Positions 51,331 through 61,257 of a DNA stretch of 64,000 bases are shown here, piece after piece. The notes beneath the pieces were generated by a model, which was not told where the DNA came from, did no database searches, and worked only from the letters and a program-made list of their open reading frames with translations. This DNA is from an uncultured Chlamydiae bacterium. GTDB lineage: Bacteria; Chlamydiota; Chlamydiia; Chlamydiales; SM23-39. The DNA lies in NCBI GenBank assembly GCA_963730605.1, contig CAVSSM010000011.1, forward strand, positions 1 through 64,000, in the 5' to 3' direction. The position numbers were made by a program, and so were the translations under genes. Position 1 is the first letter of the stretch. Every line of letters starts with the position of its first letter.

Positions 51331-54199
51331 TTAATGCTGAATGAATTGTTTTTGCCGCTGTACTTTCGAGAGCGCCTCTTGCAATTTTTGCTGGTGGGAT
51401 TGAGGGACCATCTCGAAGCGGAAGATATCGCGGGCGATCCCCTCCCTCAAGCGGATCGAAAAAGCTTCGAAAAGAGCAAACGATTCGTGTTTGAATTCGA
51501 GAAGGGGGTCTTTTTGACCTACGGTGCGCATATGGACATCGGAGCGGAGATGGTCGATGTGGAGGAGATGCTCCTGCCAGAGTTGGTCGATTTTCCGCGC
51601 CATTAGGTTGCGGATCACCTCGCCCAGGACATTTTGCGCCTTTTCAGCATCGGGAATGTCGGGACGATAGTGCACCAGCAGCTCGCGCTGAAAAAGGAGC
51701 TTTTGGCGGAAGGCGGCGATAACTTTAGCGGCCGCCTTCTCATCCTGGTCGCAGTCGGCGGTTTCCAGGCTCACCGGAAAATGATTCATGAGGGCTGCAG
51801 TCAACTGCTCAGGGCTGCCCGTTTTTTCCTGCGGGTGTGATGCGGCCATGTGACTGACGACAGCTTGCAGGATGTCTTCGGCGATCTCGATCGGCTTTTC
51901 GGCAAAGAGGAGCTCGTTGCGGAAAGCGTAGACCTCTTTCCTCTGCTTATTCATCACATCGTCGTATTCAAGAGTATGCTTACGGATGGAATAGTTGCGT
52001 TGTTCGACCCGCTTTTGCGCCGTTTCGATCGACTTGTTAAGCACTTTCGCCGAGATCGGCTCTCCTTCCGGAGGGCGGAACCTTTGCAGCAGGGAGGTCA
52101 TCCGGGGGGAGGCGAAGAGGCGCATAAGGGGGTCTTCAAAAGAGACGTAGAATTTGGAGGAGCCGGGGTCGCCGAGACGCCCTCCCCGGCCGCGGAGCTG
52201 CCGGTCGATCCTGCGGGAGTGATGGCGGGTCGTGCCGATCACATGGAGGCCGCCGAGCTCGCGCACTCCCTCTTTCAGTTTGATGTCGGTTCCGCGGCCG
52301 GCCATATTGGTGGCGAGCGTGATCGCGCCCATCTTGCCCGCATCGGCGATGATTTCGGCCTCTTTTGCGTGGTTCTTTGCATTGAGGATCGTGTGCTCGA
52401 GTTTGTTCTGCTTGAGGATGCGAGAGAGCTTTTCCGATGTTTCCACCGATTCGGTGCCGATGAGGATGGGACGCCCCTTTTCGTGGATTTCCTTGATCTC
52501 CTTGAGGATCGCGTTATATTTTTCCCGCTCGGTCATATAGATCTCGTCATCTCTATCGATTCTCTGGCAGGAGCGGTAGGTAGGGATTTCGAGAACTTGG
52601 AGTTTGTAGATTTCTTTGAATTCATTCGCCTCGGTCATGGCCGTTCCGGTCATGCCCGAGAGCCTTTCGTACATGCGGAAGTAGTTTTGCAGCGTAATCG
52701 TGGCATAGGTTTGCGTTTCGCCCTGGATGGCGACGTCTTCTTTCGCTTCGATCGCTTGGTGAAGGCCATCGGAAAAGCGGCGTCCGGGCTGCGGGCCGCC
52801 CCGTGTTTTCGTCGATGATGACGATCTTGTGGTCCTGGACGATGTAATCGATGTCTTTTTCCATGAGGAGATGGGCGCGGAGCATCTGCCGTAAGTTGTG
52901 GGAGCGCTCTTTGCGCTTGGCGTCGTTTTCGCGTAAACCAATCTTGGCTGTCATTTTTTCTTGTTCATTCAACGAGCCGTTTTGATCGATGACGGCATAT
53001 TCGTGCCCGAGGTCAAGCATGGTGAAATCATCAGCTCCGGACCCGTTTTGGAATTCGCTCCATGCCTGGATCCCTTTGTCGGTCAGCTCATATTCGTTGT
53101 TTCTTTCATCGACGACCATATAGAGCTCAGCGAGAGCGGCGAATTTTTCCTCTTTATTCTGTTCGCCGAAGTAGTAGGTTTCCCAGTTGTCGATCTCTTG
53201 CGCGAAGATCGGGGTTTTCCTTGATCCGCTTCAGGATCTTGTTGCGCGGCGTTCCCTTGTTGACGAGCCACAATTTCCGGAAGGCTTCTTTTTTCTTCTC
53301 TTCGTCTTCTTTGCCAAGCTTCTGTGGCGCTTCCTGGTTTTCTTCGATGAGATGCAAGCGATTCGAGAATTTTGCGCGCTTCGGTCGCCAGCCGGTTGCA
53401 TGAGTCTCGCTGGATGCGGACGAGATGGGCCACGCCCTCTTTCAGTTCATCGTACATCTGGCGGCTTTCGGGGACGGGTCCTGAAATGATGAGCGGGGTG
53501 CGCGCTTCGTCGATCAGGATCGAATCGATCTCGTCGACCATCGCGAAATAATGCCCCTCGCTGCACTTGCTCGTTTCGATTCATCGACATCGAATTGTCG
53601 CGGAGGTAGTCGAACCCGAATTCGGAAGCAGTGCCGTACACGATGTCGCTTGCGTACGTTTCTTTGCGCCGGTGGAGAGGAACATCATTCGTCAAATAGG
53701 AAACGGTCATCCCGAGGCTCCGGAAGATCGAGCCGATCCATTCACAGTCGCGCTTGGCGAGATAGTCGTTGACGGTGACAAGGTGGACCGGCTTCCCGGT
53801 CAAGGCATGGAGATAGAGTGGCATCGAGGCGGTGAGGGTTTTTCCTTCGCCCGTCTGCATTTCAGCGATCGAGCCATAGAACATCGCGATCGCGCCCAGG
53901 ATCTGGACGTCGTAGGGAATCATGTCCCACTTTTGCTCATAGCCCGAGACGTGGACGTCAGTGCCGCAAAGGCGCCGGCAGACGTTCTTGACCGCACCGA
54001 ACGCCTCCGGGAGAAGCGATTCCAAAGGTTCCCCTTTCGCTAACCGCTCCTTGAATTCAACCGTCTTCGCTGCAATTTGGACATCGCTTAAGCTGCGGTA
54101 TTTTTCTTCCCAAGCGTTCACCTGAGGCACAAGGCGCCAATACCGGTTCAAAAAACGGGATTGGTGTGTTCCGAAGATTTTTTTTAAGAGACCAAACAT
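51331..54199 (-). CDS. secA: Preprotein translocase SecA, split by four +1 frameshifts (likely assembly errors)
   Basis: [37 protein letters not shown] and [11 protein letters not shown] lie in successive frames. Removing 4 nt gives a 954-aa ORF. Confidence 0.9.
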
Positions 54200-54362
54200 A
54201 TACTGCTCCCACCCAAAAAATGTGAATCTGCCGGCGTCAGCTTGGCAGCATATTTTTGGTCTTCACTTCGGGCCGTGTCTATCAACACGTCCCTCGTTCT
54301 AGACACAAAAATCTGCGCCGCTTCCTGGGCATTTTTCACACTTTTTGAGCGGTCGCAGTATA
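54199..54362 (-). mobile_element. MITE family A, full copy abutting the secA start codon
   Basis: Inverted close copy of 39104-39268. Confidence 0.85.
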
Positions 54363-54748
54363 GCACCCTAACTTTGAATAAATTTTAGTTGGTGTCCCCA
54401 TTTCTCACAAGGATTACTTTCTCAATTTTATTAATCAAATTTTTGTTCCTGGTTAATTTGTATAATCTTGATTTTGATTTTAAAGCATATGTGAAAATGT
54501 GGGAATTCCATTGAAAAAATTCCTATTCGTACTTATGAGCTGCTTTGTTGCATAATTCTCTGCGGTGCAACATGCTTGCTGTAAATTATTTACCACAGAG
54601 ATCGACCATAGTTTCCTCTCCGTGGTAATATATTAATACGCAACCTCTTGGTGAAATGCAATTATGCAACAACGCCGCGTAAAATTGTATTTCCATAAAT
54701 CTCATCGTCACAATAAAATCTGCTCTCCCAATAACCAAGGAGGGTTTT

Positions 54749-55145
54749 ATGGCACATCCAGTGGACCAAGTAGCAAACCGCGACCTAACTGTAAATGATA
54801 GAAAAATTGAGTCTAAGAACCTATCCTCCAATTCTTAATGATTCATTTATGGTCGATTTTGAGGCGATTTTTCGTCGTCGACCGCCCGAAGTAAATATCG
54901 GGACGGTGATCTTTACGAGGGCGGAGGCGCGAAAAGCGCCCAAAAGCGTGCCGTAAAGGGATCGTGAAGAATTGGAGGATAGGTTCAAAAACGATTCAAC
55001 TCTCTCGACTGACATAATCACGAATAATGGAGTCCAACAGGAAAATTGGGAGAAGGCTGCTAAGATTTCCAGGAAGAATGATGCTGAGATTTTGAGCTGC
55101 CGCCACAAAATGTATATTGAAAAACAGGCAAAAGACACGAATTAA
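54749..55145 (+). pseudogene. Small ORF (~74 aa) interrupted by MITE D
   Basis: Excising the MITE gives MAHPVDQVANRDLTVNDRKIESKNDSTLSTDIIT...KQAKDTN*. Confidence 0.6.
54817..54986. mobile_element. MITE family D (170 bp, 20-bp perfect TIR)
   Basis: GAACCTATCCTCCAATTCTT...AAGAATTGGAGGATAGGTTC. The empty site GTCTAAAAACGATTC is present in the paralogous cassette near 55509. Confidence 0.88.
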
Positions 55146-55440
55146 TGATCCTAAAGGATGCTCGAATCAAGACGAGTGCACCAAAATACAAGATCCAACG
55201 ACCTCCGTATCCCTTGCGGGGTGGGCACGCTTCGGATTCAATTGCAAGCGTCGAGCACCCGCAATGTTCGAGTTCAAAAGCCTCAAACAGCGTAGGGGGC
55301 CCCCGCCTAACCCGAGTACAACATTTGATGCGCTCGCCCTGCGGGGCACGGAAAGTCGCACATGGCGTAAAATTGTATTTCCATAAATCTCAGCGTCACA
55401 GTAAAATCTGCTCTTCTAATAACCAACGAAGGAGGGTTTT

Positions 55441-55704
55441 ATGGCAGGTAGAGTGGATAATAACCGAGCAGCAAACCAGTACCTAGTAACTGATGATAGT
55501 GAAACTGTGTCTAAAAACGATTCAACTCTCTCGACTGACAACAGCATAGATGATGAAGTCCAAACGGATATTAACGCACTTATTAAAATAAGAGAGTAAG
55601 AGTGGAAGAGGTCTGCTGAGACTTTCAGGAAGAATGCTGCCGAGCTTTCGATCCGCGGCAATTATAGGGAACTGGCAAGAGAGACGCAAAACACGAGTTC
55701 ATGA
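55441..55704 (+). pseudogene. Paralogous small ORF with internal TAA at 55597-55599 (or a 52-aa product)
   Basis: MAGRVDNN...SKNDSTLSTD...KIRE*EWKRSAETFRKNAAEL; similarity to copy 1 continues in frame past the stop. Confidence 0.55.
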
Positions 55705-55839
55705 TCTTAAAGGTTGCTTGACTCAAGACGAGTGACCAAAATACAAGATCCAACGACCCCTGTATCCCTCCTGGGGGTGTGCCCGCTTCGGATTAATTGC
55801 AAGCGTCGAGCACCCTCATCACATGAACAATAAGACGAC

Positions 55840-56742
55840 ATGCAAATTGAATACGTCGATAGGAAGACCGGAAAAATCGAAAAAGAGAAGATCTATGGGA
55901 GGTGGGCTCTTTCCCTTTTATACGGCGAGTCGATAGGAGCCCGGATCTTTTCTTTCATTTTTCTTCCGCTTCTCGCTCGGGCACCCTGGATTTCGGCCCT
56001 TTACGGCTATCTGCAAAAACGGCCCTCCAGCGTAAGAAAGGTGGGGCCTTTTATCTCTGCCTTTAACGTCGATGCGTCAGAATTCGAGACGAGGGATTTC
56101 CACTCCTTCAATGATTTTTTCACCCGGAAATTAAAACCGGAAAAGCGGCCTATCGATCCAGATCCTAAGCGCGCAGTTGCCCCCGCAGACGGCCGCTATT
56201 TCGTCTTTCCTCATTTGAGTATTGCCCTTGGCTTTTATGTAAAAGGTCAAAAGTTCGATCTTGTCTCTTTTCTTCAAGATGCGGGTCTGGTAAAGACTTT
56301 TTCGGGCGGTTCGATGGCGATTGCCCGCCTATGCCCGACCGACTATCACCGTTTTCATTTCCCCGCCGCTGGAGTTCCGCGCGCATCCCGCCAGATCGAG
56401 GGGGCTCTTTTCTCGGTCAATCCAATCGCTTTGCGCAAACGATTGCCCATTCTCTGGGAGAACAAGCGGATGGTTACGGAGATCGAGACGGAAAAATTCA
56501 GCACTCTTCTTTTTGTCGAAGTGGGTGCGACCTGTGTGGGATCGATCCATCAGACTTACGTTGCCGGCCAAAGAGTGGAAAAAGGTGAAGAAAAGGGATT
56601 TTTTTCCTTTGGCGGCTCCTGCATCGTCCTTCTTTTTGAAAAAGGACGGATCAAGTTCGATCAGGATCTGGTAGAGTCAACAGAGAGAGGATTGGAGACG
56701 AAAGTGCTCTTTGGCAGCTCTCTTGGGACTCTTACTTCTTAG
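55840..56742 (+). CDS. psd: Phosphatidylserine decarboxylase
   Basis: FNDFFTRKLK, RLCPTDYHRFH, EVGATCVGSI, FGGS cleavage motif. Confidence 0.95.
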   Translation: MQIEYVDRKTGKIEKEKIYGRWALSLLYGESIGARIFSFIFLPLLARAPWISALYGYLQKRPSSVRKVGPFISAFNVDASEFETRDFHSFNDFFTRKLKPEKRPIDPDPKRAVAPADGRYFVFPHLSIALGFYVKGQKFDLVSFLQDAGLVKTFSGGSMAIARLCPTDYHRFHFPAAGVPRASRQIEGALFSVNPIALRKRLPILWENKRMVTEIETEKFSTLLFVEVGATCVGSIHQTYVAGQRVEKGEEKGFFSFGGSCIVLLFEKGRIKFDQDLVESTERGLETKVLFGSSLGTLTS

Positions 56743-57598
56743 TCTCTTCTATGGTGAGGAATGTATGGCAGAACGGGAAGGCGGCAAAGCTGATCCAGCT
56801 TGAAATGATGAAGGATTGGACCGGAGACGGAAAGTTCCTTGTCAGGAAGTAGAGGAGGAAGACTATCAAAACTGTAAACCCAGCGCTTGAGATGCGCATC
56901 TTAAGACGGAGGCGCTTAGGTGGATTGAGCTGGAATAGGTGGGAGCCGTAAGCTCCGATGCAAAATCCTAGAAATGAGCCAATCAGGCGGTAGCCTTGAT
57001 GGCTCGGCACTACAAATGCATAGAGCAAACAGAGGAGAACGCTCAGGAGCACGCAGAAGCTGCCTTTTTGTTCTTTGCAGGATGTTTCGATGTGCTCGAT
57101 GGAGTAGATAAAGACAAAGAGGATGGCAAGACCTATGCAATACCCTCCCAAAACATCGGTTGGATAATGGACGCCCAAGTAAAGACGAGAAAATCCAATC
57201 AGAAGGGCGTAAGGAAGCGCGACAACCCAAGCCCAGGGGCTTTTCCAACCATAGACTAGGAGGCCTCCCAAAAGAGCCGCCGTTTGCGCTGCGCCACTTG
57301 GGAATCCTGGATTATGGAAGGGGAGCATGGCCAAATTAGGATTTGCAACGATCGGGCGGGGCGACTGAAAGAACTCTTTCAAATGGAAGTTGATCAGAGC
57401 CGATAGGATCAAAAGGAGGGCTACTCGGAGGCCCCAGCGAGGTGAAACGGCGATCCAAACGACCGGGATGACGATCATCAGAAAATAGACGGTGTCGAAA
57501 TAATTCAGGAAGAGAAAAATCGGATCCAGGAACTCGTTCCGCAGCGAGGCAATAACCTCAAGCCACTCAATTTGGGTGGTGAAGAATGGTATATCCAT
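56732..57598 (-). CDS. PAP2-family membrane phosphatase
   Basis: K.FFQSPRP, FPSG, SRLYLGVHYPTDV. Confidence 0.88.
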   Translation of the reverse strand: MDIPFFTTQIEWLEVIASLRNEFLDPIFLFLNYFDTVYFLMIVIPVVWIAVSPRWGLRVALLLILSALINFHLKEFFQSPRPIVANPNLAMLPFHNPGFPSGAAQTAALLGGLLVYGWKSPWAWVVALPYALLIGFSRLYLGVHYPTDVLGGYCIGLAILFVFIYSIEHIETSCKEQKGSFCVLLSVLLCLLYAFVVPSHQGYRLIGSFLGFCIGAYGSHLFQLNPPKRLRLKMRISSAGFTVLIVFLLYFLTRNFPSPVQSFIISSWISFAAFPFCHTFLTIEETKK

Positions 57599-57626
57599 CA
57601 AATACGGTTATACACGAATCCGAAAT

Positions 57627-58241
57627 TTAGTGAAGCAGCGAGCAGATTGGGCATGCTTGTTTAACATGCCCGCGCGCAGGGCAAAATTTTCTAGCAAAAT
57701 AGATGATCTGCAAATGTACTTTAATCCACGAATCTTTCGGGAAAAGCCTTTTTAGGTCCTTTTCGACGGCGGCGGGTGTTTTGCCTCTGCTGAGCCCCCA
57801 GCGCCTTGCGCAGCGGAAAATGTGAGTATCGACGGGAAAAGCGGGGATTTGAAACGCTTGGGCGATCACGACCGATGCCGTCTTGCGCCCGACCCCAGGC
57901 AGGCTTAGGAGCGCATCGAAAGATCTTGGGACCTTGCCTCCGTGGCGATCCTGCAAATCTTGGGAGAGTTTCCAAATAGCGCGCGATTTCGTCGGCGCGA
58001 GGCCGCAGGGCCGGATGATTTCTTCGATCTTTTTGGGGGTCAGGCGGATCATCTTTTCCGGAGAGTCCGCCAGCTTGAAGAGTTTGGGCGTGATCTGGTT
58101 GACGCGCGCGTCGGTGCATTGGGCGGAAAGGAGGACGGCGATCAGGAGCGTATAGGGATCTTTTGCTTTCAGAGGAATCAACGGACGGGGAAAAAGATTG
58201 TCGAGAATATCCGCGATGTGTTTGACTTGTTCTCTCATCAT
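57627..58241 (-). CDS. nth: Endonuclease III
   Basis: LLSAQCTD, LPGVGRKTA, VDTH. ATGA overlap with mnmE. Confidence 0.94.
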   Translation of the reverse strand: MMREQVKHIADILDNLFPRPLIPLKAKDPYTLLIAVLLSAQCTDARVNQITPKLFKLADSPEKMIRLTPKKIEEIIRPCGLAPTKSRAIWKLSQDLQDRHGGKVPRSFDALLSLPGVGRKTASVVIAQAFQIPAFPVDTHIFRCARRWGLSRGKTPAAVEKDLKRLFPKDSWIKVHLQIIYFARKFCPARGHVKQACPICSLLH

Positions 58242-59602
58242 TTGCCCAAACAAAATTTAGAGAAAATGGCCGATAATATGTCTTCTGTCACATCTCTGCC
58301 GAGGATGAGAGATAGTTCGTTCAAGCATGCGCGTAAATCGGACGCGGCAAATTCCGCTGACACTCCCTTTTTTAAACCGTCGATACAACTTTTAGTCGAG
58401 AGGATCGCATGAGAAAGAGCCTGGAAATGGCGATGCTGCGTGAGGATGACCTCTTCTTTTGAAGGGGGGCCGTTTTTCCAAATCAGTCTATAGATCGCTT
58501 CTTGCAGAATATCGAGTCCGATCTTCTCTTTTGCGGAAATGCCGATTTGCGAGATCGTAGGATCGAGATGGCCGATATCGATTTTATTCCAGACTACAAT
58601 TGTCTTTTCCGGCGGGGCGATTTGCATGAGATCTCGATCGCCTGGGCAAAGAGGCCGGCTCGCGTCGAGTAAAAGCAGGATCAAATCGGCCTCAACGCTT
58701 GCTTTTTGCGAGCGGCGGATCCCTTCCTTTTCGATCACTTCTTCAGTCTCCCGGATCCCCGCCGTATCGATCAGACGGAAATGGAGATCGCCGAGCCGTA
58801 AATCTTCTTGAAGCAAATCTCTTGTGGTTCCTGGAATTTCGGTCACGATCGCTCTTTCTTGCTTAAGAAGTGCGTTCATGAGCGATGATTTACCGACGTT
58901 TGGAGAGCCGAGAAGGCAAAGGGATAGCCCTTCATGGAGAGCCTTCCCGTCGTGAAAGGTCGCGGCAAGGCGCTCCATTTTCGCAGTCGTCCGCTCCAAA
59001 CTTCCGATGATTTCTTCCATCGAGGCGAACTCGAGCCCCTCTTCTGGGAAATCGACCCAGGCGTTTATGATTGCGGCAGTGTCGGTCAATTCGGCCTGGA
59101 ATTGGGAAACCGCCTTAGAGAGGGCCCCTTCGAGCTGACATCTGGCAGAGTCCAAAGCCTGGTGATTTTTAGCAGAGATGAGCTGCTGGACGGCTTCCGC
59201 CTGGGCCAAATCGATTTTCCCATTCAAAAACGCTCTGAGGGAATATTCTCCCGGCTGCGCGGGATGCGCTCCCGCCTCATAGAGCCGCTCTAAAATACGG
59301 CGGACGATCAAGCTTCCCCCATGGCACGAAATCTCGACCGTGTCTTCCCCGGTATAGGACTGTGGAGATTTCATGACTAAAAGGAGGACATCGTCGATCG
59401 GCGATCCATCTTGGCTTAAGATTTTTCCATAGTGGGCCGTATGGGTGGGAAAAGTAGACACGGGTCCAGTGAACACCGAGCCGGCGATCTCGAACGCCTT
59501 TGGCCCAGAGAGGCGGATGACCGCGATCGCCCCCTCGCCTGGCGCTGTGCAGGCGGCGGCGATCGTCTCATTTTTTTGCTTTGATCGATAGACAAAATGC
59601 AT
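58238..59602 (-). CDS. mnmE: tRNA modification GTPase MnmE
   Basis: SYTGED, GSPNVGKSS, GTTRD, DTAG, FCLGK. Likely start MHFVY at 59602. Confidence 0.96.
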   Translation of the reverse strand: MHFVYRSKQKNETIAAACTAPGEGAIAVIRLSGPKAFEIAGSVFTGPVSTFPTHTAHYGKILSQDGSPIDDVLLLVMKSPQSYTGEDTVEISCHGGSLIVRRILERLYEAGAHPAQPGEYSLRAFLNGKIDLAQAEAVQQLISAKNHQALDSARCQLEGALSKAVSQFQAELTDTAAIINAWVDFPEEGLEFASMEEIIGSLERTTAKMERLAATFHDGKALHEGLSLCLLGSPNVGKSSLMNALLKQERAIVTEIPGTTRDLLQEDLRLGDLHFRLIDTAGIRETEEVIEKEGIRRSQKASVEADLILLLLDASRPLCPGDRDLMQIAPPEKTIVVWNKIDIGHLDPTISQIGISAKEKIGLDILQEAIYRLIWKNGPPSKEEVILTQHRHFQALSHAILSTKSCIDGLKKGVSAEFAASDLRACLNELSLILGRDVTEDILSAIFSKFCLGK

Positions 59603-59624
59603 GGCAAGCATCATATTAACAAAC

Positions 59625-60362
59625 ATGGAACTCGGACTTAAAGGAAAGAAAGCTCTTGTCGAAGGGGCCTCCTCAGGCCTCGGGTTTGCTGTGGCGCAAG
59701 CCCTCTCTGCTGAGGGGGTTCGGGTCGCCATTGCCTCCAGCAACCACGGCCGGATCCAAAAGGCTGGATCGGAGATCGGCGCCGCCGCCTGTTTTCAAGC
59801 GGACTTAGACGAGCCGGGAGCCGGGTCGGCCTTGGTAGAGAAGGCGGTCGCTGCCCTCGGTGGATTAGATATCCTCATTACAAATACAGGAGGTCCAAAA
59901 GCCGCCCCCTTTCTGGAGATCAGCTCAAAGGATTGGGAAGAGGGGTTCAGACGCCTCTACTTAAGCGCTGTCGAATCGATCCAGGCGGCCCTTCCCATCA
60001 TGAAGAAACAAAAATGGGGCCGGATCCTCCTTCTGACCTCATGCGCTGCTAAAGAGCCGATTCCCTCATTGACCGTTTCGAACGGCCTGAGATCCGGCCT
60101 TCTTGGGCTCATGAAATCGATCAGCAGCGAAGTGGCCTCCGAAGGAATCACAGTGAATTCGGTGTTGCCGGGTTTTGCCAAGACGGAGCGCCTTTCGCAC
60201 TTGAATCTGGATGAGGAGAAAATTCTTTCCCAGATTCCGGCCAAGCGGATCGGAGAGCCTGGGGAGGTCGCCGCCCTTTTCGTCTTTCTCGCCTCTGGAG
60301 CGGCGAGCTACATCACCGGCCAAGCGATCGCGTGCGACGGCGGGTATCTCAGATCATTTTAA
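59625..60362 (+). CDS. SDR-family oxidoreductase
   Basis: GASSGLG, NTGGP, YITGQ..DGG. SxxxR in place of YxxxK. Confidence 0.88.
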   Translation: MELGLKGKKALVEGASSGLGFAVAQALSAEGVRVAIASSNHGRIQKAGSEIGAAACFQADLDEPGAGSALVEKAVAALGGLDILITNTGGPKAAPFLEISSKDWEEGFRRLYLSAVESIQAALPIMKKQKWGRILLLTSCAAKEPIPSLTVSNGLRSGLLGLMKSISSEVASEGITVNSVLPGFAKTERLSHLNLDEEKILSQIPAKRIGEPGEVAALFVFLASGAASYITGQAIACDGGYLRSF

Positions 60363-60447
60363 ATACGAGTCTCGTCAAACAGACCGCTGCTAGAGCCGCC
60401 AAAATTCCCCTAAAGGATCCCTTTTTTCCCCAAAAGTCGATGCGACC

Positions 60448-60888
60448 TTACAACCAGTGGGTGACACCTTCTTTGCCAAGATTAGGGGTGCGAGCCCTGA
60501 TTCGGCATAAAGCGGCCGATCCCTGGCAAAGCTCGGATTTAGCCTTTCGCACCGCTTCCGGCGCAGCCTCAGCAACATAGAAAGCGCTCTGATGATATTC
60601 GGTAAACTCATGGGATTTATAGGCGCCGAGATTGATAAAGTAGAGCTTCCTAGCAGAATTTACCTCGGTAGCATCTTTCACCAACTCGATTTCATAGCTA
60701 TCGACATTTTTCAAATGAAGATAGGAATCGATATGGAACCCTTTTAAATTCCCAAACTATTTCTTAGCAAGCAAGGGATAAGTCTCTTCTATACAAGGGC
60801 CAACGACGAACACGACATCGTGCAGCTCGATATTACACCGGTCCGCGCGTCCGCCGAGATAAACTGCGAATAGTTTTTGTTCCTGCAT
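60448..60888 (-). pseudogene. DUF1543-like gene with a nonsense mutation
   Basis: MQEQKLFAVYLGGR...ELHDVVFVV...AKK*FGNLKGFHIDSY...LYFINLGAY. TAG at 60757-60759, probably from TGG. Confidence 0.7.
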
Positions 60889-61257
60889 AATTAGATCGCC
60901 TCCTCGATATGAGGGATGAGTTCTAAGAAGAGCTCATCGGGGTTCTTGTCCGGAGTTTGGCGAGAGAGGAAAAGAACTGATCAAAGAAAAATTTCTAATC
61001 ACTCGGCAACTCCAAGATTACCTTGCCGTTATGACCGACATGTTATATACCGCGCCCGCTCATTTTGAGTGAATTTTGTTGAGCGCCTTTTGCGCCCCAG
61101 TGCTATTAGCTCGATCTTGCTAACATATTAAAGTTTGCGGCGATCTCCGCAACGATTCTTAGAGGAGGAAACTAGGGCAACCTAGTTTCCTTACTCAACT
61201 TTCGACTGGAGAAGTTTTTCGCCTTCCAATATGCTTTTTTTGAAGAAAAAGGATTAA

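Larger units (their letters stand above)
54677..55815 (+). repeat. Diverged tandem duplication of a cassette (leader, SD, small ORF, conserved 3' element): ~54677-55260 and ~55365-55815
   Basis: Both start GCGTAAAATTGTATTTCCATAAATCTCA, carry AAGGAGGGTTTTATGGCA and end AATTGCAAGCGTCGAGCACCC. Confidence 0.85.

Noticed and set aside
51850..52818. 322-aa ORF antisense to secA (similarly 46972-47688 opposite lpdA)
   Set aside because: Typical antisense shadow of a conserved gene, with no recognisable motifs.
51331..54199. Programmed frameshifting in secA
   Set aside because: It would need four separate events, and the sites lack slippery heptamers or long homopolymers.
54363..54676. AT-rich intergenic region as oriC
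   Set aside because: No cluster of TTATCCACA-like DnaA boxes was seen.
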